DNA from: Candidatus Thorarchaeota archaeon
Lineage (GTDB): Archaea; Asgardarchaeota; Thorarchaeia; Thorarchaeales; Thorarchaeaceae
DNA: 64,000 bases
Reading direction: 5' to 3'
Assembly (NCBI GenBank): GCA_019057475.1
Contig: DXJO01000008.1
Location: forward strand, 82,621-146,620
Shown: piece by piece, positions 1 to 9,400 of the stretch
How positions within the stretch are numbered: the stretch's first letter is position 1
Layout: the number at the start of each line of letters is the position of its first letter
Translations under genes and position numbers: made by a program
Notes under the pieces: generated by a model
Told to the model about the DNA's origin: nothing
What the model saw: the letters and a program-made list of their open reading frames with translations, nothing else
The model's database searches: none

Positions 1-337
1 CATTGACGACCTACTATTGACCTATTCTCTCGACATAGCTCTCTACGAACTTGGCTCTCTCGGCTCTGCATTTGTGGCTGAGCTGCGCAAATGGGCCAGC
101 TGCCAGTACACTCTGGACCTCAATGAGGGGGTCTCAGATAAGAGAATCAAGTCTGTCACTCTCTTACTGGGCTCAGCACTCAACTCCACAATCCATATCA
201 CAAGCTCCCTGAATCTCAACTCCACAGTCATCTTCTCGAACAATGCTCGTTTATCCTATGACAATCAAAGCTTCAAGTACGATGCTTCAGGAACCGTTGC
301 CCGAAACTTGTACAATCTTGGACATCAACGTCCTTGA
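1..337 (+). CDS. 3' part of a hypothetical protein running in from the window edge
   Basis: Frame open from position 2 to TGA 335-337; no recognisable motif. Confidence 0.4.
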   Translation, partial: IDDLLLTYSLDIALYELGSLGSAFVAELRKWASCQYTLDLNEGVSDKRIKSVTLLLGSALNSTIHITSSLNLNSTVIFSNNARLSYDNQSFKYDASGTVARNLYNLGHQRP

Positions 338-564
338 CTGATGTTTGGTTCCTGATTCATTGAGGTCTGCTCTGCAGATCCTACTGGATCTGCGACAAGT
401 CTTGCGTCCTCTCCACAGGCGTTTTCTGTCTCCATCCAACTGGCGGCGACCGAAGTTCATGCAGGCCCTAGCAATCAGCATTGAACATCCACACTAATCA
501 ATCCTGAGCAGTATGTTATAACCACCTACAAAATGTCTAAGAATGTACAAGTTCTTGGCAGCTG

Positions 565-852
565 TTGCATACCCTCCGCTTTGGATTTGGTGAAGATGTA
601 AGACTCAGCCGGTGGTTTCGCGTTTGGATTGACACAGACATGGCAGCCGTATACATTGACCTACTCGACAGTCATGGTGGTAAGATCACCTTTTCCTACC
701 TGACAGACTACCTCATAGCAGACATTGACGGTTGGTACTCCTGTGGTGCCCGTATGTATTCCGCCGAGGTCAAACTCACGCCACCTGTAGTTGATGTTGC
801 GGTCAGCACGAATACTGCTGTGGTGGTTCTGTACGACTGGAACTTCTTTTGA
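565..852 (+). CDS. Hypothetical protein or gene fragment
   Basis: 95-aa ORF with protein-like composition and no motif; lies in an apparently decaying region. Confidence 0.3.
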   Translation: MHTLRFGFGEDVRLSRWFRVWIDTDMAAVYIDLLDSHGGKITFSYLTDYLIADIDGWYSCGARMYSAEVKLTPPVVDVAVSTNTAVVVLYDWNFF

Positions 853-957
853 CCAGACCGCCTTACTCCTTCGTAGTTGTAGCCCCCTTGCTAGGAATAT
901 GGCCTTACGTGTCTGCTTCTCCGCAGTTGTAGCTAATTACCAGTACCCCAAAGCAGA

Positions 958-1344
958 TTGATAGGACTGTATCTCTCTCCACTCGCATTAGCTGCTGAGA
1001 GCATGAAAAATCGTAGCCTCTGTGAATACAGTGAGGACGGCACCTGCGTACTTCGCAGTGATGAAACAGTGTATTGCCCATTCTCAGGTCAACTTGGAGC
1101 ATGGGGTTTCGCAGGGCTCTTTGTCTACCAGTTCTACGAGATGAGGGAACAGGTACTGCACTTGGCTAACGGTCGGGAAGTGATAGAGCTCTCTCTAGAA
1201 CGGGCATTTGAAGTGCCAAGCCGCAGCTACGTAGAGTCTGGGTTAGGTCCCATCACCTTCACTGACTTCCTGCGAGGAGTGGAGGAAACAGTAACATCAT
1301 TTGTAGCAAACCTTTCGTGGTTGCCTCCAGTTCCTGACGAGTGA
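958..1344 (+). CDS. Hypothetical protein
   Basis: 128-aa ORF with three Cys in the N-terminal half; no family recognised. Confidence 0.4.
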   Translation: MIGLYLSPLALAAESMKNRSLCEYSEDGTCVLRSDETVYCPFSGQLGAWGFAGLFVYQFYEMREQVLHLANGREVIELSLERAFEVPSRSYVESGLGPITFTDFLRGVEETVTSFVANLSWLPPVPDE

Positions 1345-1470
1345 CTTGTTTCGTCGAACGGTAGCAAGTTCCTGCTGGTTATGTTGACACCGTCGATTAT
1401 GACAGTTTCTGTGGTAGTCCTGTCGAGAGCGCCGATAAGTTGTCTTTCCCGACCCGGGTGGTCCCATTAT
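1345..1470 (-). pseudogene. Frameshifted fragment of a LolD/SalX-type ABC transporter ATPase
   Basis: Three consecutive pieces separated by two frameshifts read IMGPPGSGKTT / LIGALDRTTTETVIIDGVNIT / QQELATVRRNK, the typical N-terminal signature of these ATPases; the rest of the gene is absent. Confidence 0.7.
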
Positions 1471-1695
1471 CCAGTAGATTGCCAGCATACTTAATACAGT
1501 CGTGTGAATAGCCGCGTCGACAAATTGGTTCAAAAATGGTGTATGATAGTGCAGGGGGATAACTCAAGAGACCGGAGTGGGCGCCGCAAGTCCGGTCAGG
1601 AATTAGTCATTACGAACTACGACCCTCAGATAACTGTGGAAGAAACCACGACCCACACAGGGGGTGACGCCATTCATTCTGAAATCACCACAAGA

Positions 1696-2496
1696 ATGAT
1701 GGACCGCTCTATCAAGTCTCCATTCCGGTTTCCTGGCAGCAAGGCTCAGGCAATCAAGTACATTCGACCCCACTGGGAGAGCAATCCACACGCCGAGTAT
1801 CGAGAACCATTCCTTGGTGGTGGTGCAGTGTTTTTCTCGAAGCTAAGGGTTCCATCTATCTGGCTGAACGACATTGACGAAGAACTTGTCACTACATACA
1901 AAACAATACAGGACGCTGAATCATGCTCCCTTCTGATGGAACGAGTGAGTCAGGAAGAAGCAACAAAAGAACGCCACACGGAGATGAAGCACTGGAAACC
2001 GAAGACCGCCCTGGACATTGCTCATCGCTATTTCTACCTCAATCGTACATCGTACAGTGGTATAATGAAGAAACCCGCGTGGGGGTATCACCCGAAGAAG
2101 AGTGTCCCCCCGGAGCGGTGGGGACCACGAATCCTGCAAGCACATGAGAAGCTACAAGGTGCCAAAATCACATCTCAGGACTTCGAGTCCATAATCGAGG
2201 CACCCGCACAAAATAATGGCGTCTTCATGTTCATCGATCCTCCGTACTATGAGGCTGACCAGAAACGGGCGTATAAGCACTCATTCACTCAGGCTGACCA
2301 TGTGCGGCTCGCTGCCATTCTCAAGGGGACCGACCTGCCCTTCTGCCTGACCTATGATAATTGCGAGCCAGTTAGAAACCTCTATGACTGGGCCACAATA
2401 ACTCCGGTTTCTTGGAGGTATCACACAGCAAATTCTCGAAAGGCTAGCAGGAAGATGGGTCAAGAACTTATCATCAGCAACTACAAACTCGAATGA
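1696..2496 (+). CDS. Dam-family (D12 class) N6-adenine DNA methyltransferase
   Basis: SPFRFPGSK, EPFLGGGAVF (motif I), LNDID, YLNRTSYSG, FIDPPY (motif IV), C-terminal ELIISNY. The frame is open upstream to 1504. Confidence 0.92.
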   Translation: MMDRSIKSPFRFPGSKAQAIKYIRPHWESNPHAEYREPFLGGGAVFFSKLRVPSIWLNDIDEELVTTYKTIQDAESCSLLMERVSQEEATKERHTEMKHWKPKTALDIAHRYFYLNRTSYSGIMKKPAWGYHPKKSVPPERWGPRILQAHEKLQGAKITSQDFESIIEAPAQNNGVFMFIDPPYYEADQKRAYKHSFTQADHVRLAAILKGTDLPFCLTYDNCEPVRNLYDWATITPVSWRYHTANSRKASRKMGQELIISNYKLE

Positions 2497-2719
2497 AGCC
2501 CTGAATCTTGGCCTGTCTTGAGCTTGGCCATATGTTAAGTTCGCAAGAACGATGTTGGTCCTCTGTTAAGACCGAGCCTTCGTTTCTTCTCATTTTTCGA
2601 GCACTATGATTTCTGGAGGTCCTAGAATGGTGTTTGGGTCTAGTCTGGGCGGTTTCTAAGGGAGACGCCATTACTACAACTGCTAATATGCAAAATGACA
2701 ATCGTTCTGTTGATTGTCG

Positions 2720-3052
2720 ATGACGGTACGATTAGATTCCATCTCTAGGGCTTTCAGCGAAGGAAGGACGGTATGCAATAGACTTGGCTGCGTCATTCTG
2801 TATACGGGTGACAGTTGCGCACTGTGTGATGTCGCTATGGAGGTTCTGCAAGAGGTCGTTACCGAGTTCGGTCTTCCCCTCGACATTGTTACTGAGGTGG
2901 ATATCGACACAGCCAATGATTGCGACCTTTCCGGTATTGTCGCTCTTCCCACGATGAGCATCTGTGGAAAAGTCATTCCCGGATTGCCGGATGTCGATGA
3001 TGTTAGAGGAGCTCTCATGAATGCAATTCTCGGGGGTTGCCTCTTTAGGTAG
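2720..3052 (+). CDS. Thioredoxin/glutaredoxin-like protein
   Basis: LYTGDSCALC (CxxC), EVDID, cis-Pro motif ALPT, G-x-P. Confidence 0.75.
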   Translation: MTVRLDSISRAFSEGRTVCNRLGCVILYTGDSCALCDVAMEVLQEVVTEFGLPLDIVTEVDIDTANDCDLSGIVALPTMSICGKVIPGLPDVDDVRGALMNAILGGCLFR

Positions 3053-3077
3053 GCATGCTCTGACTGCTCGCTTCTTT

Positions 3078-4337
3078 CTACACCCGTTTGAGGATAACTA
3101 AGTGCTCTGTAGCCATTCTGCTGTCCGCATAGCCCGATGCCGGGTTAACTTCTGATTTGAACATGGATCGCGAAACTATCGGGTCTACGTAAGTGACAAG
3201 ATGCTTCCAGCCCATTTCCGTGAGATGTTCAACCAAAATCTCATCAATGGGGATTGATCTTGTCCTAATCTTGGCAGGCCCAACGAATATGCACATGTAG
3301 TCATTGACTCTCTCTCCAAGAGTCGCGAATGCATTTATTGTTCCATGGAAGTACCTGTCATACAGCTGGACAAGGTGGTCCTCAACTATCTCCTTTCTGT
3401 AAGCTTGATACTTCTCAGAGTGAATGTGAATCTCGTCAACAGAGTTGTACGGGAGTTCTTTCTTGCTCAACGATCTCACGTATTCCTCATTATGCCCCAG
3501 CCAGAAGAGTTCGAGCTTCGTCGACCTGATGTACTCCTGAGCTTGCAGGTAGGGCGGAGATGTAATGAGAATATCCACATCTCTGTCTAGCTCGGTGTTG
3601 AGGGAATCAATCCCTGATCTCAGCTTGTGCTTCACCGGTTGAGGATTGAGATTGCTGTGTTCCTTCATCTTGTTGAGGAGTTTCTCAATCTGCTTTTCCA
3701 GCATGCTGTAGAACTCGGTTTCCCAATCTGTCCCCAGCAGCCGCTCTACCTTCTTCTTCGAGTGTCTGGATTTGTACAGCTTGTGCACCTTCTCATCACT
3801 GTATGAGAAGTATCTGGTTGCCTTCAGAAGAGGAATCGAGAGCATTTTCTTCGTCTTGCCCTTTGTTGCATGAACTAGTCCCCATGCCTTTGAGATAGTT
3901 GGGAGAAACTCTTCCGGGAACCAATACGTCAGGTTTGACCAGTCAGGAATGAATTCATGGTCAGAATTGCGCACTCTGGCAACTAGTTCTTGAACGTTGA
4001 TTTTTGGGGCTTTCATGACTGCAGTGTCATGGAATAGGTTCATTATGGGATTCAGGTCCCAGAGCTCGTAGTCATGACCGTATACCCTTGACACAACGCC
4101 AACTGTGCCATAACCCGCAAAGGGATCGAACACGACTGACCCTGGTTCCGCGTATTTCTTCAGAGTGTAGGCGATAACCTGAGGGATGAACTTGGCTGGG
4201 TACTTGTAGATGGAGAAGGTTCCATAGGTCGTCTTGGGAATCTCTGGGACCGAGTTCCTGAACACCACGTCGACTCTCGGAGCAGCATCCTGATTGGATT
4301 GCGTGGTTCCGTTGGATGGTGTTCTGCCTTTGCTCAT
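3078..4337 (-). CDS. Amino-DNA methyltransferase (probably N4-cytosine, alpha-type motif order)
   Basis: YKYPAKFIPQ, VFDPFAGYGT (motif I) preceding ITSPPY (motif IV). Confidence 0.88.
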   Translation of the reverse strand: MSKGRTPSNGTTQSNQDAAPRVDVVFRNSVPEIPKTTYGTFSIYKYPAKFIPQVIAYTLKKYAEPGSVVFDPFAGYGTVGVVSRVYGHDYELWDLNPIMNLFHDTAVMKAPKINVQELVARVRNSDHEFIPDWSNLTYWFPEEFLPTISKAWGLVHATKGKTKKMLSIPLLKATRYFSYSDEKVHKLYKSRHSKKKVERLLGTDWETEFYSMLEKQIEKLLNKMKEHSNLNPQPVKHKLRSGIDSLNTELDRDVDILITSPPYLQAQEYIRSTKLELFWLGHNEEYVRSLSKKELPYNSVDEIHIHSEKYQAYRKEIVEDHLVQLYDRYFHGTINAFATLGERVNDYMCIFVGPAKIRTRSIPIDEILVEHLTEMGWKHLVTYVDPIVSRSMFKSEVNPASGYADSRMATEHLVILKRV

Positions 4338-4366
4338 TGTTGTACACTCTTGAGAGTTCTTCAGAT

Positions 4367-5077
4367 TTAGGACTGTTTACTGTTCCTGTCTGTATGAAGG
4401 AACGCTCTTCTGCGTTTTCCACAGACCGTAATGGCTCCCATCTTCCTCAAGCAATATGTCATCTTCTGCACCAGCCATCTCGGTTTGTCAGTGGCCTTGG
4501 CAAGGTCTGCATTAGTAAACGGTCTGGTCAGTGAATCTGGAATGAACGCGAGGAACTCCTCAGGTTTCTCGAAGAGATACTGGTCAGTAACCTCGACCAG
4601 CCTGCGGTCGACGATACTCCACCCTTTGCGCCTCCAGCTCCCCTTTCCGTCATTGCGCCTGATTTCCTCTTCGCGGATGAGCAGAATTTCGAGTGAGAAG
4701 TTCTGATGAGCGACGAGTTCTGGGAAACTCACGAGTTCCTCAAACAGGTTCTCAAGCGACTTCCTCTTGGGTGAACGCCGTTTCCCGAGTTCGACGCTGC
4801 CGTCGAGGCTCTCCCGGACTATCCATTTCTCGTGGGCGAGCGGATGAACGAGCCGCACCTGATGACTCCCAATCAGGGTCATTAGTTTCTGCTTGATAGC
4901 AGAGAAGTTGCTGGTCTGAATCTCGATAAGCAAGTCGCCACGCACTATGTCAATTACAAAACCATCAACTGGTACTTCCAAGAGGTCTCCTGAGTTGCTG
5001 TACCATTGCTTCAATGCAGCATGCAAAGAGCTCTCAGCCAGTACTCCAATGCCTTGAGAGCCTCCCTCAGAAGCCAT
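4367..5077 (-). CDS. Conserved hypothetical protein, PD-(D/E)XK nuclease-like fold
   Basis: ESSLHAALK...EVPVDGFVIDIVRGDLLIEIQT pattern; C-terminal helix-turn-helix-like segment. ATG 5077 chosen to avoid overlap with iscU. Confidence 0.65.
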   Translation of the reverse strand: MASEGGSQGIGVLAESSLHAALKQWYSNSGDLLEVPVDGFVIDIVRGDLLIEIQTSNFSAIKQKLMTLIGSHQVRLVHPLAHEKWIVRESLDGSVELGKRRSPKRKSLENLFEELVSFPELVAHQNFSLEILLIREEEIRRNDGKGSWRRKGWSIVDRRLVEVTDQYLFEKPEEFLAFIPDSLTRPFTNADLAKATDKPRWLVQKMTYCLRKMGAITVCGKRRRAFLHTDRNSKQS

Positions 5078-5159
5078 GTGTTTGACTGATGCTTCACTCC
5101 TTTTGTCAGTTCTGATAAAAAGATGGCTTCGCGCCATAAACCGAACTCTGCTCCGGGTA

Positions 5160-5939
5160 TTACCCGATAATGACAACGGCATCGATGAATAGCTCGTATT
5201 CCTCGTCTTCATCGAGGTTCTTGATCAGTGCACGTTCTACCTCAAAGTCACCTCTGATCTCAAGGAGTTGTGACTGGTACAGAATTTTGAGTCCCACGTT
5301 GCCGAGGAGCATGTTCAGCTCGTCCGGCATCTTGATGTCCTTGCCACATGTCAGCAGAATTACTCGGTCGGTATGATCTGTGAGCTTAATCGCGGCTTTG
5401 ATTGATGCATCTCCAGTGTAAATTACCAGAGTTCGCTGATCGTCAAAAACAGTCGGATCGCCTATTGTTCGGTACAACCCGTTATTCTCAAATTCGGTCT
5501 TGCACACGATGTGTTCTGTTTGGACGATATCATCACACTCGGGCTCATCCACCTCGCCACTCTCCCTGCGGCGGTAGCTGCTGATTGCCTCGTGCAAAGC
5601 TTCCGCTGCCAAATTCGAACAGTGCATCTTGATGGGCGGCAAACCGTCCAATTCTCCGGCTACATCCTCGCGCTTGACTTTCATTGCCTCATCCAAGGTC
5701 ATTCCTATGACCATCTCCGTGGTCATGCTGCTTGTGGCAATAGCGGAGCCGCAACCGAAGGTTCGGAACTTGGCATCCACAATCTTGTCATCTTTCACCT
5801 TGATGAAGACCTCCATAATGTCTCCACACGTTGGATTGCCAACAGTTCCAGAAGCCACGTCATCTCCCTCGAGAGTACCAACGTTTCTTGGATTTCGGAA
5901 GTGGTCTAGAACCTTTTCAGAGTACTTTGTTGACTTCAT
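5160..5939 (-). CDS. iscU: Fe-S scaffold IscU/NifU with C-terminal thioredoxin-reductase-like extension
   Basis: YSEKVLDHFRNPRNVG, GNPTCGD, FGCGSAIA, LPPIKMHCSNLA; about 130 extra C-terminal residues. Confidence 0.93.
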   Translation of the reverse strand: MKSTKYSEKVLDHFRNPRNVGTLEGDDVASGTVGNPTCGDIMEVFIKVKDDKIVDAKFRTFGCGSAIATSSMTTEMVIGMTLDEAMKVKREDVAGELDGLPPIKMHCSNLAAEALHEAISSYRRRESGEVDEPECDDIVQTEHIVCKTEFENNGLYRTIGDPTVFDDQRTLVIYTGDASIKAAIKLTDHTDRVILLTCGKDIKMPDELNMLLGNVGLKILYQSQLLEIRGDFEVERALIKNLDEDEEYELFIDAVVIIG

Positions 5940-5949
5940 TAGTCATCAC

Positions 5950-7128
5950 CTATTTTCTGGCCTTGTAGATTGGCGATAATTCCCTCAGGCGATTTACCAC
6001 TTTGGGAACCACCTCGAGAGCCCGGTCGATATCGCTACCTTCATTGAAGCGTCCAACCGTGAACTGCAGTGAGCCGTGTGCTTCCTCGTGCAGCAAGCCG
6101 GTTGCTATTAATGTATGCGACGGCTCAAGGGTCTTTGAGCTGCAAGCTGACCCAGTTGATACTGATATTCCCTCATCTTTGAAGGAGAGCAGTATCGACT
6201 CTCCCTCAATACCATCGAATCTAAAATGAGCGTTACTGGCAAGCCGTTCTTTTTGATGGCCGTTGAGGTAGCTGTCTGGAATCTCTTCCAAGACCTGTTT
6301 AATCATTCTATCGCGCCAGCCTATGAACCGCTTAACCTCTCTCTTCATTTCTTTCCTCATGATTCGCGCAGCAGCCTGCATGCCGATAATGGCTGGCATG
6401 TTCTCAGTGCCCGAGCGAAGCCCTCTCTCCTGTCCACCGCCCTGAATCACAGGGTTGGGGCGGGCTCCCTTCCTGATGTACAGAATGCCAAGGCCCTTTG
6501 GTCCATAGATATCGTTGGACGACAGTGACATCAAGTCGATGTTGTCACGCTTGACATCCAATTCAACCAGCCCCTCGGCAGCCACTGCGTCGGTGTGAAA
6601 CTTAATTCCTCTCTCCCTAGCGAGATTTCCAATTTCTGCTACTGGCTGGATTGTACCTATCTCATTGCTTGCATAGCCTATGGAGATCAGTATCGTTTGG
6701 TCTGTTAGTCTTCTCTCGAGCTTCTTAATGCTCACTCTGCCATACCTATCCACGGGTACCCGCGTAACATTGAAGCCCTGCATCTGGAGGTACTTGGCGA
6801 TGTTGCGGATAGAGATGTGTTCAACCTCGGAGATGATGACATGGTTTCCCTTTCTCTTGTTCTTCAGCATGTATCCTAACAGGGCGAAATTGTTGGATTC
6901 AGTCGCACCGGATGTAAAGACAATCTCATCGTTATCAGCATTGATGAATTTCGCAATCTCCTTTCTGCTCTCCTCAAGTGCATCTGTAGCAACGTCTCCC
7001 ACCTTGTGTAGCGCTGAGGGATTCCCGAACTTCTCAGTGAAGAAGGGTATCATCTCATCTATGACTCTAGGATCGACTGGTTTCGATGACTGGTAGTCCA
7101 GATAGATTTCAGGGCGAGAGGTATTCAT
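5950..7128 (-). CDS. iscS: Cysteine desulfurase IscS/NifS
   Basis: IYLDY, GNPS, FTSGATESNN, NEIGTIQP, HTDA, RSGTEN, STGSACSS, EPSH. The usual PLP-lysine segment (SxHK) reads SSND here. Confidence 0.9.
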   Translation of the reverse strand: MNTSRPEIYLDYQSSKPVDPRVIDEMIPFFTEKFGNPSALHKVGDVATDALEESRKEIAKFINADNDEIVFTSGATESNNFALLGYMLKNKRKGNHVIISEVEHISIRNIAKYLQMQGFNVTRVPVDRYGRVSIKKLERRLTDQTILISIGYASNEIGTIQPVAEIGNLARERGIKFHTDAVAAEGLVELDVKRDNIDLMSLSSNDIYGPKGLGILYIRKGARPNPVIQGGGQERGLRSGTENMPAIIGMQAAARIMRKEMKREVKRFIGWRDRMIKQVLEEIPDSYLNGHQKERLASNAHFRFDGIEGESILLSFKDEGISVSTGSACSSKTLEPSHTLIATGLLHEEAHGSLQFTVGRFNEGSDIDRALEVVPKVVNRLRELSPIYKARK

Positions 7129-7142
7129 CTTGGTACGTCACC

Positions 7143-7385
7143 TTACTTCAGTCTGCGAATCAGGAAGCGCTGCACTCCATCATCAAACTTCTCATAGGAG
7201 ATGAGTTCATGACCTGTGCGCTTACAGAACCTCTTGATATCCGACTCTGCGCCTGGATCATCAGCGAGCAGCTCTAGAATCTCTCCAACTTCGACAGAGC
7301 CAATCGATTTCCGTGCCTGCAGGAGCGGCATAGGACAAAAGAGTCCCACACAATCCAATGTCTTAGTTGGTTCAGAATCATTCAT
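7143..7385 (-). CDS. tusA: Sulfur carrier TusA/SirA family
   Basis: LDCVGLFCPMP motif, ADDP, 80 aa; first gene of tusA-iscS-iscU. Confidence 0.92.
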   Translation of the reverse strand: MNDSEPTKTLDCVGLFCPMPLLQARKSIGSVEVGEILELLADDPGAESDIKRFCKRTGHELISYEKFDDGVQRFLIRRLK

Positions 7386-7505
7386 ATTGGCAACACCTAA
7401 CCATTGTTAAGTTTGGGCTAGGTTCGGTTGAGAACCTTATAACTTTTAGCATAGGTCTGGCGAAAATCAAAAGCGTTTTCAAGAGGGTGCAACTCCGCGG
7501 ATGCC

Positions 7506-8330
7506 ATGCCCGACTTCTCAAAACTCCTGAGGAGAGCACGCGATGACGTAAATCTCTGCATTGGGATTTGGTCTGATTTGCTTGGGTCGCTTTATGGCGA
7601 CAGCTTGGTTTGTGCCTACTCGAAGGGGTCGGGTGTGAAGCCGTGGGACGGCGAAATCGACTATGTTCCCCTCATCAGTGACGTAGATATCCACGTCCAT
7701 CTAAAACCCGAAGTCCCAATCACCACTGATGATATCAATTCATTCGGGTTGGCAATGAAAACCTCTGCGGAGTATGAGGAGCGATTCCTAGAAGCGAGCT
7801 CAGAACACCTACATATCCCGCGAACTCAGATTACTTTCGTCCGGATGCTTGAAGATATGATCAGTTATGTTGCCCCAAGAGCATCAGATGTCCAGATGCT
7901 GATTGGTCGCTTCAAGGATACCAAACCACTCTTAGCGGAACGAATCCGCGAGATAGACTACGAACAGCTCCTCTCCATGAAGCCATTTCTTGAGGACATT
8001 CCGAGAACACTCATAGATCGTACTGGCCTTGACCTGTGGAACCTGGTTCGACGCTTGACATGGCGGGTTTCCCCGTCACCGGTCAGACTGATTACACAGC
8101 GACACGAGGACCCGTATGAGGTGTGGACCTGGAACCGTACCCGAATTCTATCTGAGCTCGAAGCGATGGATTATGATGCGATTGCACAGAATTACAATGA
8201 CTTCTACGATGCAGGATGGCGTCTGTTCCTCTCAAATTTCAGTGATTCAGGTCTCTATCGTGAGATGATTGAGCATGGCTACCACCTGCTATGGGGCTGT
8301 GTTCGAGAGGTACAAGAAATCGCAGACTAG
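7506..8330 (+). CDS. Hypothetical protein, nucleotidyltransferase-like
   Basis: KGS...SDVDIH (GS + DxD) pattern of the Pol-beta NTase superfamily. Confidence 0.55.
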   Translation: MPDFSKLLRRARDDVNLCIGIWSDLLGSLYGDSLVCAYSKGSGVKPWDGEIDYVPLISDVDIHVHLKPEVPITTDDINSFGLAMKTSAEYEERFLEASSEHLHIPRTQITFVRMLEDMISYVAPRASDVQMLIGRFKDTKPLLAERIREIDYEQLLSMKPFLEDIPRTLIDRTGLDLWNLVRRLTWRVSPSPVRLITQRHEDPYEVWTWNRTRILSELEAMDYDAIAQNYNDFYDAGWRLFLSNFSDSGLYREMIEHGYHLLWGCVREVQEIAD

Positions 8331-8344
8331 TCCTTCGTGGGTTG

Positions 8345-8842
8345 TTACTGAGTATCATTGAGATGACGCAGCCAGATTACACCATCATCTTGGGGGTAGA
8401 ATGAGGGGAGATTCGCAACTTCTTCGAAGCCTAATGACCTGTAGAATGACCTTCCGCCATCATTCCCATGTTCCATAAACAGATACAGAACTCTGAGGCG
8501 GTATCCGTTCTCTTCGTAGAAACCAGCAGCATCCTTGATGAGCGCCTTCATGAGTGCACTAGCTACTCCCTTGCGGCGGAATGCAAGATTCACGCCAAGC
8601 CCAGCTATCTCAACTACGCCATCGTCGAGACCTCCTCTTGTGTCCCAGGAGAGAGACCCCGCCAGGTTACTATCCACGAAACCGAGGATTGTCTTGAATT
8701 TGAGGGTCAGGTCATCTGCAAACGCCTTCGCGCGCTCTTGATGATTCTCGATGTCCTTAAGGTACATTTTCTCCAATAGGGTTCTGTCAGTTTGAACGGC
8801 CTTGCGTATCTCTGGCATATCTGTTTCTCCATCTTGATTCAT
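8345..8842 (-). CDS. GNAT-family N-acetyltransferase
   Basis: LGVNLAFRRKGVASAL (motif A), N...FYRSLGF; ATGA overlap with the upstream gene at 8839-8842. Confidence 0.88.
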   Translation of the reverse strand: MNQDGETDMPEIRKAVQTDRTLLEKMYLKDIENHQERAKAFADDLTLKFKTILGFVDSNLAGSLSWDTRGGLDDGVVEIAGLGVNLAFRRKGVASALMKALIKDAAGFYEENGYRLRVLYLFMEHGNDGGRSFYRSLGFEEVANLPSFYPQDDGVIWLRHLNDTQ

Positions 8843-9258
8843 TTGGGTTCCGCACTGCTCTGCGTTCTCTCTTGCTCTAGCTCTTGATGCATTGCTCTGC
8901 ATCTGCCAAGCCAGAGAATCTCATACTCCTCAGCACTGATGATTCTGTCGTGAAGGTTGGGAATCCCGCGAATACCTGCTTCCTTGCACCACTCGACGCA
9001 TATCCTGTACTCCTCCCAATCCATCTCCATGTCTTCCCACTCACATAGAATATCGGAGTGTCCTTTCAGGTGCCATACAAGGGCCCTCGTGTGTCCATCA
9101 GTGGATATCATCTCCCCATCTAGCTTCTTGATTGGCACTGGCGGTATCTTGTGCGCTTCATCTTTGTCGAAGGCCTCTAGGATTCTATCGAGTTTCTTGC
9201 GACTAATGTATAGCTGACTGGGCTGAATGTCCTCAAGGTTCATCCGAAATGTGGTCAT
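8839..9258 (-). CDS. ParB/sulfiredoxin-like small protein
   Basis: IQPSQLYIS, PVPI, TDGHTRA motifs. Confidence 0.65.
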   Translation of the reverse strand: MTTFRMNLEDIQPSQLYISRKKLDRILEAFDKDEAHKIPPVPIKKLDGEMISTDGHTRALVWHLKGHSDILCEWEDMEMDWEEYRICVEWCKEAGIRGIPNLHDRIISAEEYEILWLGRCRAMHQELEQERTQSSAEPK

Positions 9259-9400
9259 CGATTTTCTTGGCTCCGCCACACTGGACAATCAGCTCTCGGA
9301 CCTTATGTTTCCTCTTGTGGATACGCACATCAAGGGCAATTTATTAAACCCCTTCAGTTCGGGTGAATGCTGTTGTTCTTTCATAAAATGTGTGCTGCAA

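Noticed and set aside
374-393. Perfect 8-bp hairpin GCAGATCC-TACT-GGATCTGC
   Set aside because: Single short palindrome with no T-tract, repeat copies or other support.
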